NCBI GenBank assembly: GCA_001643675.2
Contig: LSRY02000021.1
Coordinates: 558,001-622,000 of the forward strand
DNA from: Monocercomonoides exilis PA203
Taxonomy: Eukaryota > Protista > Preaxostyla
Direction of reading: 5' to 3'
Length of the DNA stretch: 64,000 nucleotides
The notes under the pieces are model-generated. The model made no database searches. It had not been told where the DNA came from and worked only from the letters and a program-made list of their open reading frames with translations. The position numbers were made by a program, and so were the translations under genes. Shown piece after piece: positions 1 to 17,533 of this stretch. Position 1 is the stretch's first letter. Every line of letters starts with the position of its first letter.

Positions 1-454
1 AATGTTAATTTAGTCGCTAAATGAAAGACAATAACTTCAAAAAATTTTTTTGGAAAAAAAATTAATAGAGAGAACATGATATTGATATGGAATTGATGAT
101 CTGAATTTGGTTTTTAAAAAGTGCTTTCATTAAATGAAAAAGGTTTTCTTGATGACTTTTGGTTTTTCATAATAATTAACATATTTTTTTTTTTATTTTC
201 TCCTTCTGAAGAATAGAATAAATATATTTTAATCAGAAAAACGTGATATCAGATCTTCTTTTATTTGGGCAATCATCCTTTGAAACAACTGCTTTACGTC
301 GCAATCAGATAAAGTATTCAAATGTTGATGCAAATTTTTTATTATTCAAATTTCAATTTTTTGTTATGGATAGTAAAAAATGAATTGATCATTCAAAAAA
401 TATCATTTATTGAAATCGACATAAAGGCAATATTATCAAAAATAGAACGAGGAG

Positions 455-1912
455 ATGCAGAAAGGAAAGATCATCATTGTAGATGAAAATCACGATTACA
501 GCAATTACTTTTACAATTCAATGAAGAAAGTTATAAAACCAGCCGTCAATTGCATCTACTGCGTACAAACAAGTCTTGTAATCATCAACAGCTCGTTGCG
601 CGTGAGCCATATTTCCATGGCGCCTCTCACCGGTTGTCCACTCCTCACGACTCAACACCACTCAGCTGCTTCCATCTTCTCCTCCATTTGCCAAGTCAAC
701 CCAGCAACCAAATCTCCCCTCTTCATCTCTGCCCATGCCTTCCTCGCACTCACAAACTTCTCCTTCACCACTCACCAACCAGCCATCTTCTCCTTCCCTC
801 TCTTCTCCACCCCAAACAATCTCCTCCCAGATCCCCACTCCCCAATCCCTGCCTCCTTCTCCATCTCCCACTCCTCTTTCTCTTCGTTCGTCTCCCTCGT
901 CCAGCCTTTCCTTTTTTCTCCTTCTTCCCTCTCTTCCCCATCCCCTTCTCCATCTCCATCCCTTTCCCCTTCTCCTTCATCTTTCTCATCCTCATCCTCT
1001 TCCTCTTCTTTTTCTTCCCCTTCACCTTCCCTTTCCCCTTCCATTTCCTCTTCCCCTTCCCTTCTCCATAACCATCACCAATCCCATCCCCACCTCCAAA
1101 TCCACCTCTATCTCCATCTCTCAAACACCCTCTTCTCCAACATCTCATCTCCCCAATCCCCTCTATCACTTCCATCTCTTCCCTCCCACTCACTCAACCC
1201 ATTCACCTCAACCACTTCTTCCTCTTCTTCCACTTCCTCTTCCACCAACACCAACACCAATACAATCCCCTCCTTCTCCCTTCGCTCATCTCTTTCCATT
1301 CATTCATCCCTCTTCCTCCACACCCACAACCCCATCGATGGTGCTGTCCTCCCCAACCTCAACAGCCCATCCACTTCTCTCTCCGCATTCAATGCCTCTT
1401 TTCTTCACCAAACACGATCTTCACCAAATGCTGCTGTTGTACATGTTGGAACTGAATCTCAAAGAGCGAAACCTGGAAGACTGGATTCTTTTGATCTGAA
1501 CAGCCACAAATTTGAATGGTGCGAATGGAAAGATACAACTGGTGGAGCTGTCCATGGAGGAGCGCTTTATGTTTATTGTGCAAATGCAAACCTCACAATC
1601 ACTTCTTGTTCGTTCAACAATTGTTCGTGCACTAATGGATACAGTGGTGGGGCATTGTTCGCTCAAAATTTATTAAATGTCAATTTCGCAAAATCCAATT
1701 TCACGAGTTGTTCAGCTGCTCATGGAGGTGCTGTCAACACATGGTATCCACAATCTTATTCTGTTTGGATATTTTCAGAAAAAATAGTGGAGAGTTGTTC
1801 AATAACATATTGGTGTGGAACTGGCTGTTATCTTTGCCTCGTCAACTCGCATTCGTATGTTCAATTTCTATTTTCCGGTACAAATAAAAAAGAATTAATA
1901 TATTTTCTTTGA
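455..1912 (+). CDS. Pmp-like / pectin-lyase-fold (GGA[ILV] repeat) surface protein with a Ser/Pro-rich low-complexity middle; possibly a truncated family member
   Basis: C-terminal repeats GGAVHGGALY..CSFNNCS..SGGALF..NFTSCSAAHGGAV match GGA[ILV]/FxxC beta-helix repeats; only about 3 repeats precede the stop; start codon uncertain. Confidence 0.55.
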   Translation: MQKGKIIIVDENHDYSNYFYNSMKKVIKPAVNCIYCVQTSLVIINSSLRVSHISMAPLTGCPLLTTQHHSAASIFSSICQVNPATKSPLFISAHAFLALTNFSFTTHQPAIFSFPLFSTPNNLLPDPHSPIPASFSISHSSFSSFVSLVQPFLFSPSSLSSPSPSPSPSLSPSPSSFSSSSSSSSFSSPSPSLSPSISSSPSLLHNHHQSHPHLQIHLYLHLSNTLFSNISSPQSPLSLPSLPSHSLNPFTSTTSSSSSTSSSTNTNTNTIPSFSLRSSLSIHSSLFLHTHNPIDGAVLPNLNSPSTSLSAFNASFLHQTRSSPNAAVVHVGTESQRAKPGRLDSFDLNSHKFEWCEWKDTTGGAVHGGALYVYCANANLTITSCSFNNCSCTNGYSGGALFAQNLLNVNFAKSNFTSCSAAHGGAVNTWYPQSYSVWIFSEKIVESCSITYWCGTGCYLCLVNSHSYVQFLFSGTNKKELIYFL

Positions 1913-2368
1913 ATACACTTTGTTATCTTTTTATTTAATCGTTTTCTATTTTTTTATTTGTTGATTTTTTCAATCAATTAGAAGGAGTGAAAGTTTTGCA
2001 TGGTATGTAAAAAATCCAGAATTTTGAAGAAAAAACTTTATAATGATAATTTCGAAAATTTGAATCGAAATGAATGCCAAACGAGACGTTGAAATACATG
2101 AAAAAAGAGGTTTGAAATCTTAATAATTTTCTTTTGTTTTATTTTGAAATTATTGTTGATCAAGTTTTTCTTTTTGCAAAAAGCTTAAATTTTAGCATAA
2201 AAAATGAAACGATTATTTAAAATTATAAAAAATGAAAAGATCTTTAATATTTTAATATTTTGATTTCTTTAAATTAATAAGAATTCCCACAATTTAAACT
2301 CAAAAGAGTTTTTTTTGTATATTAGTCTTTATTGATCTTTATGTTTATTGTATTTTAATATGAAACCT

Positions 2369-2425
2369 GTTTCTTATGGGGGGGAAATGGGGGGGTTTCT
2401 CCTCCATTTAACTCTCATAAGAAAC
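2369..2425. other. Imperfect 57-nt hairpin upstream of the transposase
   Basis: GTTTCTTATG (2369-2378) and CATAAGAAAC (2416-2425) form perfect outer arms; inner AAATGGGGG/CCTCCATTT pair with G:U wobbles. Confidence 0.7.
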
Positions 2426-2511
2426 TGGTGGGTAACATGGGGAGTAAATCCCACAAAATCATATTAAATTTTTTATAAATATAAAAAAAATGGGAAAAAC
2501 ATTAAGAATCA

Positions 2512-4116
2512 ATGAATTCAGAATTTACAAAAACGAAGAAAAGCCTTCAAGAATTACAAGAAATGGTTGAAGAATCTTCTTTACATCATTCGTCCGACAA
2601 GATAAATTCAAAATTGAAAAGAGCATCTGAAGAATTGAACGAGATTATCGAAGAAAAATCGAAGGAAATTCCTCCTGCTGACGAACATATTCCTGAGACC
2701 GAACAAGCCGAACAGTTACCGTTGCTGCAATGCGAGACAAACATGGTAAAAAGGAAAAGAGGACGACCTAAAAAGACCATTGAAATTAAGGAAGAAAAGA
2801 AAAAAAGGAAACAATATGTTCAACTTTCCGAAAACGTTCGAGAACTGTTAAAAAAGGATTACAGAGATGGAAAAACTTTGGAAGATCTATCAAGGAAATA
2901 CAATATTAGCATATCCACAGCTTCTGTTATCGCACGAGAAGAAAAGCCGCCAAAGCCACGAGGAGGAAAGGTTTACGAAAAAATTACGAAAGAGGCATCA
3001 AATAAAATGGCTGAAATAATCCTGAGGAATCCTACAGTTACTTCAAAAGAATTGGCAGATTCAGTGGGTAGTTTGTGCAAATCAAAGCCTACTTTTGCAA
3101 CAATTGGAAGACATTTAAAATCAGACAAAATGATAGATCATGGATGTCCTGTTTTCTCTGTGAAAAGGTTGCGAACATATGAAAATGCAAGAGCTGATGA
3201 AAAAACATTAAAACAAAGAAAAGAATATGTCAGAAAATACATTCATCATCAAATGGAAGGAAGATCGTTCGTTTACATTGATGAGACTGGATTCAATACC
3301 TTGGAACTGAGAACAGAAGGTCGCTCTCCTGTTGGAAAACGATGTATTCAATACAGAGAAAAAGCTAAAATAGAAACAGTCACCGCAATTACAGCTATCA
3401 GTGAGCTATCTGGAATTGAGCATGTCACATTTGTGGAAGGAAGTGTTAATGATCAATGCTTTCGAGTGTTTTTATTGTCATTAATGAAGAAACTTCAATT
3501 ACATGGAAAAGAATCATTCCTATTGGTTATGGATAATGTGGGGCTGCATAAAACAGAGGCAGTGATTAATCTGATCACTTCAAAGAACTACGGCATCTTA
3601 TACACTGCACCAAATAGTTGCGAATTAAATCCTATTGAATATGTGTTTGGGATGTGGAAAGCTCGACTGAATATCCCTTCCACTATAAAAAATAGCAAGA
3701 AATTAATAGAGCATCTGAATAAATCGTTGGAAGATATCACTCGGATGGACGTTTTAAAATGCATCAACATGGTACAATTCAATTTACTTCCTTTAGCACA
3801 GCAAGGGAAAGATCTCAGTGATTCGTACAAAAGTTCTCAAGCAAAGTGTAAAGAATTACACATTGAAGAAATTCTGCCTGAAAGCGACGATGTTCAAATT
3901 GTGCCATGTTCTTCTGCTTCAGCTTCTGCTTCTGCTTCAGCTTCTTCTTCATCTATTGTTTCTTCGAGATTTTGTCAACAATTTCATCAAAATTATTTTC
4001 TAAGTTCATTGCAAGAAGAAGAAACATCTTCTCCGTTGATTGAAATTCCAGAAACAAACTCTTTTTATCAATCATCACAAGATCTTCAAAATGATTTAAA
4101 TTTTGATGTTGATTAG
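2512..4116 (+). mobile_element. IS630-Tc1-mariner transposase (DD34E), uninterrupted 534-aa ORF with AT-hook and HTH
   Basis: YIDETG, LVMDNVGLH and APNSCELNPIEYVFGMWK motifs; 34 residues counted between the second D and E; KRGRPKK AT-hook; LEDLSRKYNISISTASVI HTH. Confidence 0.9.
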
Positions 4117-4310
4117 TCAAAAAATTATCTTTTTCTTTTTTTTTTCGAGTGAAGTTTTTCTTTTTTATTGTTTTCTTTTCTTCACTTTGATTTTTATTTT
4201 GAAAACAATAATTTTCAAACATTTCAATAAGATAATAAAAATAAGTGATTAAGAAAATATTAAATTCCACATATTTAGAAATATTATTAACTCAATGAAT
4301 AAAAAAAAAA

Positions 4311-4600
4311 TATTTTCGATTTTGAATTAAACTTTTTCGATTTCGAATTAAATATTTTCGATGTTGAATTAAACTTTTTCGATGTTGAATTAAATATTTT
4401 CGATTTCGAATTAAACTTTTTCGATTTCGAATTAAACTTTTTCGATTTTGAATAATAATTTTCGATGTTGAATTAAAGTTTTTCGATTTTGAATAATAAT
4501 TTTCGATGTTGAATTAAACTTTTTCGATGTTGAATTAAACATTTTCGATGTTGTTTTAAAGTTTTTCGATTTTGAATTAAAGTTTTTCGATGTTGAATAA
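4311..4600. repeat. Minisatellite, 21-22 bp unit (consensus ~TTTTCGATGTTGAATTAAACT), about 13 copies
   Basis: Visible tandem repetition of TTTTCGAT(G/T)T(T/C)GAAT(T/A)A. Confidence 0.9.
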
Positions 4601-5440
4601 TTTTTGGTGTATCAAATGACAATGAATTTTCATAATGATAGACACTCCGAAAAAAGTTATGTTTTCTATAATAATCACCCATTTTTTCCAAAAAACGAGA
4701 GTGAAGAAATCATTCTTTGAAAAATATATAATATTTTCGGGGAAAAAATAATATTTTCTGAACGACAATTATTGATTCGAAGAAAAAAAATTATTCTGAA
4801 GGGCAATATTCAGTCGAACTTTCTCCATCTCCTGCTCTAAATAATTCTTAATCATCATCTTCTTCATTTTCAAGAAGAATATCATTAATGACTGTGATAT
4901 CTAATTCAATCATAACTTCAATTATTTCATTTTCCTCTTCAATCAATTCTCTGATCCATAATGTGTTAATCCTTTCATTTCCTCTTCACACAGTTAATTC
5001 AATGATCTTTTGAACTGAAACATTTCAATTGTTTTGCAAGTTTCTTTATTCTCATTAAGGACAGAAAGAATGATTTCCTCATATGCTTCCACAATACTCA
5101 AATTGTGTTTGAACATGTCATTCACTTTTAGAAAAAAAATTGAAGCTTTCGTCTTGCCATCGCACGAAAATTGCCAAATTAATTTTAAAATTTTTATGTT
5201 TTCTATTCATTTTTATTGATCCTTGTTCCTGTGTGGTTATTTTTTGAATCCTTTTTTTTCAATACAGTTTCAAAATAAAAAATATCTTTTGTATGTTAAT
5301 TATTGAACACAAAAAAGTGACAACTCCTTTCAAAGAATCTCTTTTCTTATATGGGTGATTATTTTGGAAATCGTATTTTTTCATTCAGAATTATCGGTTC
5401 GAAAATTTGCATTGAGTATTAGCAAACAAACACCGAAAAG
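4600..5440. mobile_element. Degenerate inverted-repeat element enclosing a decayed minus-strand ORF
   Basis: AATAATCACCCAT (~4670-4682) versus ATGGGTGATTATT (~5351-5363), with patchy flanking complementarity; frameshifted coding-like sequence at ~4800-5160 (-). Confidence 0.4.
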
Positions 5441-5598
5441 TGAACAGACTTATTCAGGAAATGCTTTTCTTTCTTTCAGATTAAAATTTTGTTATCGAAA
5501 CACAAATAATGATTTTTTCATTTTCAATTCAAAATCTATTTTCAGTGAAAAGCAACCTTTGAAAAATAAACAAAACGAAAAATGTTAAAATTTCAATA

Positions 5599-6434
5599 CA
5601 GTCTAAACCGGATATAATCACGTCGAATACAATCACATTCGTTTATTGTCACATTTTTCGATGCATCGACATTTTTTGCCTATTTTTCATTCATTTTTCA
5701 TCGCATATAATCACAGGGCTGAAAATATATAATCACATTTTTTAAATATTATGGGTGCTTTTTTCAATGAAAAATCGATTTTTAGATCAAAAATTTCAAT
5801 CTATCGATTTATCAAAAATGCACTCAAATTAGTCAAAATAATTTGTATTTATGGAAAAAATTAATTTCGCAAGTGAAAAAAGTGTATTTGTGAAGAATTT
5901 TCAAAAATAAAAAAATCGACCCAAAATTAATTATTTCTAAAGTTAATTTTTTTATTTTTCTATGTGAAGCATCATCGTGTATACAGTCAAAACCGGATAT
6001 AATCACATCGGTTTTTGCACAACTTTTTGTGACTATATCCGATTGTGATTATACACGATGATGCTTTCCACAGAAAAAAATAAAAATTAATTTATTTCTT
6101 AATTAATTTTGAGTCAAATTTTTTATTTTTGGAAATTCTGCACAAACACACTTTTTTCACTTGTTTGAACAATTTTGATCATAAATACACATATTAAAGA
6201 CTTATTTATTCATAATTTTTATAAATCAAAAAATCGAAATTTATGATCAAAAAATCGATTTTTCATTGAAAAAAGCACCCATAATATTTAAAAAATGTGA
6301 TTATATATTTTCAGCCCTGTGATTATATGCGATGAAAAATGAATGAAAAATAGGCCAAAAATGTCGGTGCATCGAAAAATGTGACAATAAACGAATGTGA
6401 TTGTATTCGACGTGATTATATCCGGTTTAGACTG
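5599..6434. mobile_element. Composite foldback of Tc1/pogo-type MITEs: TA target duplication, 23-bp TIR motif CAGTC(T/A)AAACCGGATATAATCAC, ~385-bp inverted arms
   Basis: TA|CAGTCTAAACCGGATATAATCAC at 5597-5621 and its reverse complement ending ...GACTG|TA at 6436; a third TIR copy follows TA at 5984; arms 5599-5983 and ~6050-6434 are near-complementary. Confidence 0.9.
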
Positions 6435-6436
6435 TA

Positions 6437-7136
6437 TGCGGACTTTCAAGCTTTTTTTGCACAAGGCATAGAAAAATTGCTTCACTCATAACTCTATTTC
6501 GCTTTCTCAGATAACAAAATCAATTTGATTTTATTATCCGTTGATAGGCATCATTGAAGTCAAAACAAAAAGTTTTGTGACAATTTACGAATGTCAAAAA
6601 ATGGACTCATATTTATTGTGTTATTGGTTCTCAAAAAGTCAATGAAAAGTGCATTTTTTTTCATTGAAAATGTCTGAAGTTAAATATTTTTTCCCATTTG
6701 ATGAATTAACACTTCGAAAATAGTAATAATTCAGAAAACAACCTCACACTTATTTTTTCGAGTACGAGAAAAATCCGAATAAGTGTTATTTTTGTTTAAT
6801 TTTTGACAATCCTAATGAATCGATCATCTCTACCTTCACATTTTGACATATCACTTATTCTTTTAACATTCTCATGGGATAATATATTTGACTTCGGACA
6901 TTTTCATTGATAATTTATGAACTTTAGATTCACTTTTCGTGAACAAAAAATTTCAACAAAATTCGTTCATTTTTCGATATTCGTTTGAGGTCACAAAACA
7001 TTTTGAAATTATATCATTTTCGCTTGAATACGGATTTAAAAATCAAAATTATTTTTTGATCTGATAAAGTTCAATGATGTTATAAGTGGAATAAAAATTT
7101 CATTCTTTGTGCAAAAAAAAACTTCAAAGTCCATAT
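6437..7136. mobile_element. Older, diverged foldback element (~700 bp, ~260-bp imperfect inverted arms)
   Basis: GGACTTTCAAGCTTTTTTTGCACAAG on the left matches the reverse complement of CTTTGTGCAAAAAAAAACTTCAAAGTCC on the right; collinear matches continue inward (GTTTTGTGAC, TGAAAATGTCYGAAGT, TCCCAT). Confidence 0.75.
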
Positions 7137-7555
7137 TTCACCTCAAATAATCTTCATCTTTCTAACTTCAATAAATTTTCTTGTTCTCAATGATGCTTCT
7201 TCTTTCTTCACAATTTTCCCTTTTCATCCATTCTTTGTCTGGTTTCTGTTCCTAAAATGCATTTTTCTTAACCTTCTCACTCTTTCTCATAAAGAAACCA
7301 CCTTTCGTTCGCTGACAATGTTTATGAAATGAATTCATTGAAATTTCGAACTGGAGATGTTTGAATGATGGGATGAACTATAAAATAATTTTTTCCAAAA
7401 TTTTGAATCCTGTTCACTCATGACCTGAACTCTTGAATTTTCTGCATCTTGTACAAATCCAATATCCGTATCCTTCTTCAACTCAACACGTTTAACCATT
7501 TTTGTGGATTTTGAAAATAGGTGTAATTCTGTTGGTGAGTTTGTCATTTGTGCAA

Positions 7556-7559
<4 letters not shown>

Positions 7560-7598
<39 letters not shown>
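7560..7598. repeat. poly(T) tract, 39 nt
   Basis: Homopolymer run. Confidence 0.95.
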
Positions 7599-7602
<4 letters not shown>

Positions 7603-7991
7603 CATGAATTGTTCGTTCATTCTTTTAACAATTTTTTCCAACATAAACATGAACGAAGCGTTATTCAAAGATGAAAAATTAAATGCATGTTTTATTTTGA
7701 AAAAGAATTTCAATAACATAAAATTTACAACTATTAATTTGGAAAACTTTTTGAAATATTCAAAAGAAGAAGATGGTGGAATAAAATTTGACATTTTTGA
7801 TTTTTTTAAAGAAACAAGAAGAAATAATGGAAAGATAAAAAATAACATCAGATTTTGTTAGAATGAAAAGAAGACTCAATAAATATAAATTTGTGATAAA
7901 TTAGTATTTATATAAAGGCCAAATACTTCAAATTTGAAGTCAATATACAAATAAAAAAAATTTCTTTCAAATGAATGAAATTCTAACAATC

Positions 7992-8716
7992 TTATTGTGT
8001 TTGGAGATGAAGTTGCTGGATGATTTGGTCCTGCGTCTCACTCAATTTTTTATCAATGTAGTATTTCATTTCTTCAGCAAATGCATCCATTTGCTCGCGA
8101 AAAGTAAGGGATCCTAATTCAACAAAAAATATGCACAAAATGATTGAAAAAATAAAGTGATTAAATAAAACAAAAAGTCCATTAAAAGACAAAAAGAAAT
8201 ATATAATTGATACAAACCTACAACAGAAACAATATCTTTTGCAAGAATTTCATCTGTAGGTAATGACTGAGAAGAAGAAGTTGTTGATTGAGCTACACCA
8301 GAAGCTTCAGAATTATATCCAGCAGTAACTTCATCAGGCTTTCTTATAACTTTATTTATTGCATCAGTTGCAGCATTTACAAACTTTGTTGCATCATCTG
8401 CAGTTAAGAAGTTGAATCCAATAATACGACCTCCTCCGTCAATTATTGTAACAAAAAGGTCATTAAGCTTTTGAGGAAGCTCCTGGGAGAAATACTCATT
8501 AATTACAAAATTCTATGTATCAGAAACGAATAAGAAAACATCAAAACAAATAAGCAAATTCAACAAAACCTGTGAATCATCCATTCCGATAAGCCTGAAA
8601 GTTGAATCATCTGTATTAAAATAAATTGATAAACTTATAATTCCCCTATTTGTCCAATTTGATATATCTGGGACGTTCCACACGCACAGAGCTTGAAAAA
8701 GTGCAACTTCAGGCAT
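7992..8716 (-). CDS. EVH1/WH1-domain protein with C-terminal coiled coil (minimal Ena/VASP- or Homer-like); exons 8716-8570, 8512-8218, 8113-7992
   Basis: Spliced product has W..RG..SLSIYFNTDDSTFRLIG..FVINE..LFVTIIDGGGRIIGFNFLTADDATKF (EVH1 GLNF-like motif) and ends REQMDAFAEEMKYYIDKKLSETQDQIIQQL; GT-AG introns keep frame. Confidence 0.8.
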
Positions 8717-9152
8717 TGGATAAAAAATATTTATACTAATGGGAAAACTTGATCAAACAGAATAAGTTCGCTGGGAAGTTGATAAAAATGAAATATTTTT
8801 TCCTTTTAAATAAAATAATCATTTCCATTTTGATTTTCTATAATTAAAGCATTATAAAGAATTAACTTTTCTGATATCATTGTTTCTAACTTTAAACAAC
8901 GCTAAAAAGACCTTATTTCTTTTGCACAACGTGCTCTCTGAAATATGCAAACTGCAAACGTTTCAGAAAAAAATTAAAAAATAAAATCAAAATGTTGTCC
9001 AAATTATTAAAAAAAACTATTATAAATGTGAGATGCAGTGAGAGATAAAAAACGGTGAGTCTCATCATATAAAGTAATTTTTCTTTCAAATATAGAATTA
9101 CTTCATATACGACATTTTGAACCTTTTGTTAATAATCTATTTGATTTCGGGA

Positions 9153-9410
9153 TTAATGAAGTTTTGGCTTATGATTCTTCATTTCTATTGCATGAGCAAC
9201 AAAAGGAGTTTTCACTTCATTTACCAACGGAGGATCTTGAGATTGAATAAATCTTTTTGCAGAATTAACAAGATTTGGTTTAAGTTGCTTCTGCTGCTTC
9301 TCAGCAGGGTCAGCTATTTGTTTTTCTTCTTTTTTCCTGTGAGTAAATCGACCAGCATATGTATCAGAAATAAAGGCTAATGCAATAAGAATAAATGCAA
9401 TTGAGTGCAT
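9153..9410 (-). CDS. Small hypothetical secreted protein (85 aa)
   Basis: MHSIAFILIALAFISDTYA signal-peptide-like start followed by a basic hydrophilic body; no family recognised. Confidence 0.45.
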   Translation of the reverse strand: MHSIAFILIALAFISDTYAGRFTHRKKEEKQIADPAEKQQKQLKPNLVNSAKRFIQSQDPPLVNEVKTPFVAHAIEMKNHKPKLH

Positions 9411-9776
9411 TTCCAAAACAAATACAATCTAAAAATACGTATTTTTTTGCTGTAAACCAAACTTCACATCATAAATTATTATGATGGGTAGAAGATCAAA
9501 TTTGGAAAAATCGAATCTGAAAGAAACCAAACAAAAGTATCTTTCAGTTTTTTTATTCAAAAGAAGATTCAAAATAATGATTAGAACAATTCCAATTTGA
9601 TGTCAAAATACAATAATTGTGTGACATTTTATTTTTCAAAAATTATTTTTTTAAAATTCAAAAAATTTGTCTCATTCAATCATTTAAAAATAACTGTTTT
9701 ACAATATTACATTTAATTTAGAAGTCTTAAAAATATGAAATGAGGATTTTAAGACCATCTGTTACAATATTACAAG

Positions 9777-9832
9777 CTTCCCATCACACTGGCAATCAAA
9801 AGTGACAAAGAAATATCACTTGCCAAGGGAAG
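9777..9832. other. GC-rich three-helix stem-loop downstream of RPS27
   Basis: Nested complementary pairs GCTTCCC/GGGAAGC, TGGCAA/TTGCCA and GTGA/TCAC. Confidence 0.6.
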
Positions 9833-9902
9833 CAGAGATCAAAAATTTAGAATATATATTAAGCACATTTATACTAGAGCCCAAATCTCCGGTTTCCATG
9901 AC

Positions 9903-10240
9903 TTATATAATTGACTTTCTTCTAAACTTCACTCCAGTTGCCAAACGTGATTTTCCGCCTGTTGGAACTAAAATAAGTTGTCCACATTTTCCACAATAAA
10001 TTGTAGTGCTTGAATGACTGAAAACAGTAATCCTGAGGAATCGTTTGATTTGAGTAATAAACAATTTTGATTCAACGAAAGTCAACAAAAGCAAAACAAA
10101 AATGATAGTACAAACATTTTATTACATTGACGGCATTTTACATCAAGAAAATAACTATTTGGAGATTGTACAAGTCGTTTGAGCTTATATTTACTTCGCT
10201 CAACATCCTTTCCAGGATGAAGCAAATCAACTTTAAACAT
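9903..10240 (-). CDS. RPS27: 40S ribosomal protein S27 (eS27); intron 10115-10033; start at 10240 or in an upstream micro-exon at 10317
   Basis: [67 protein letters not shown]. Confidence 0.95.
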
Positions 10241-10941
10241 AAACTAAGAAATCGAAAAATAAATGAAAAATGACTGAATGGAACAGAAATGAATTTCTAT
10301 TAAACCTTTTTAACCATGAATGACTCTAGAATTTAATAATTGAAAACATGTCCCATTTTGAAATTTGAAAAAATAAATAATATTGGTTACACCAAACTTT
10401 CTGTTTTGTTATTTCTTCTTTATTCAAAATACCAAAAATTCAATTGTTTATCTTTGAATCAAAATCTTTCAGTGCGTAAGCAAATATTGTTTATTCACAT
10501 ACAAATTAATAATACCATTCAATCAAAAAGATTCAATAATTTTAACATAAAAAGTCAAAAAAACTTGAAGCAAAAATAACTGCTTGACAGTTACATAAAT
10601 AGATAATTTCAACATAATGGAAATTATAAAACAGTTAGAAAAGGAAAAATCTGAGGCAGGAAAAGGTTTAACGATTACATTTTTCTTTCAATAACATGAA
10701 ATAATCTCATAAATATTGAATTTAAATAAAAATCAAAAAAATTGGAAAAAAAGAAAAGACTTTTAAATAAACAACAGGAAATTAAGATAACAAACAGTAG
10801 AAAATAATGTTCTGAATTTGAAGACAACAAGTTTATAAATCGATAATAACGAATTGATACATAATGATCATCAATTTATTATTATGAAGGAGGGGATAAA
10901 ACGAAGACGCACAGAAAATAAAATAAAATTTAAAAAATTAG

Positions 10942-10977
<36 letters not shown>
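10942..10977. repeat. poly(A) tract, 36 nt
   Basis: Homopolymer run. Confidence 0.95.
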
Positions 10978-10978
<1 letters not shown>

Positions 10979-11136
10979 AGAATAGAAAAAAAAATTACAT
11001 AAAACACGCCATAAATGAAGAAAGAACAAATAATACAAATAATATTTAATAATAATTTATAACAATAATAATAATAAAAACAATAATAATAAACTCAACA
11101 ATAATCTGATAAGATTCAATCCATTCATATTCCTTG

Positions 11137-17533
<6,397 letters not shown>

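Noticed and set aside
4311-4600. Possible CRISPR array
   Set aside because: Units are contiguous with no unique spacers, no cas genes, eukaryotic context
7140-7550. Gene at 7335-7547 (-)
   Set aside because: Short, followed by in-frame stops and without a motif; at most a decayed fragment
9777-9832. SECIS element for RPS27
   Set aside because: RPS27 has no in-frame TGA and the hairpin lacks the AUGA/GA quartet and apical AA geometry
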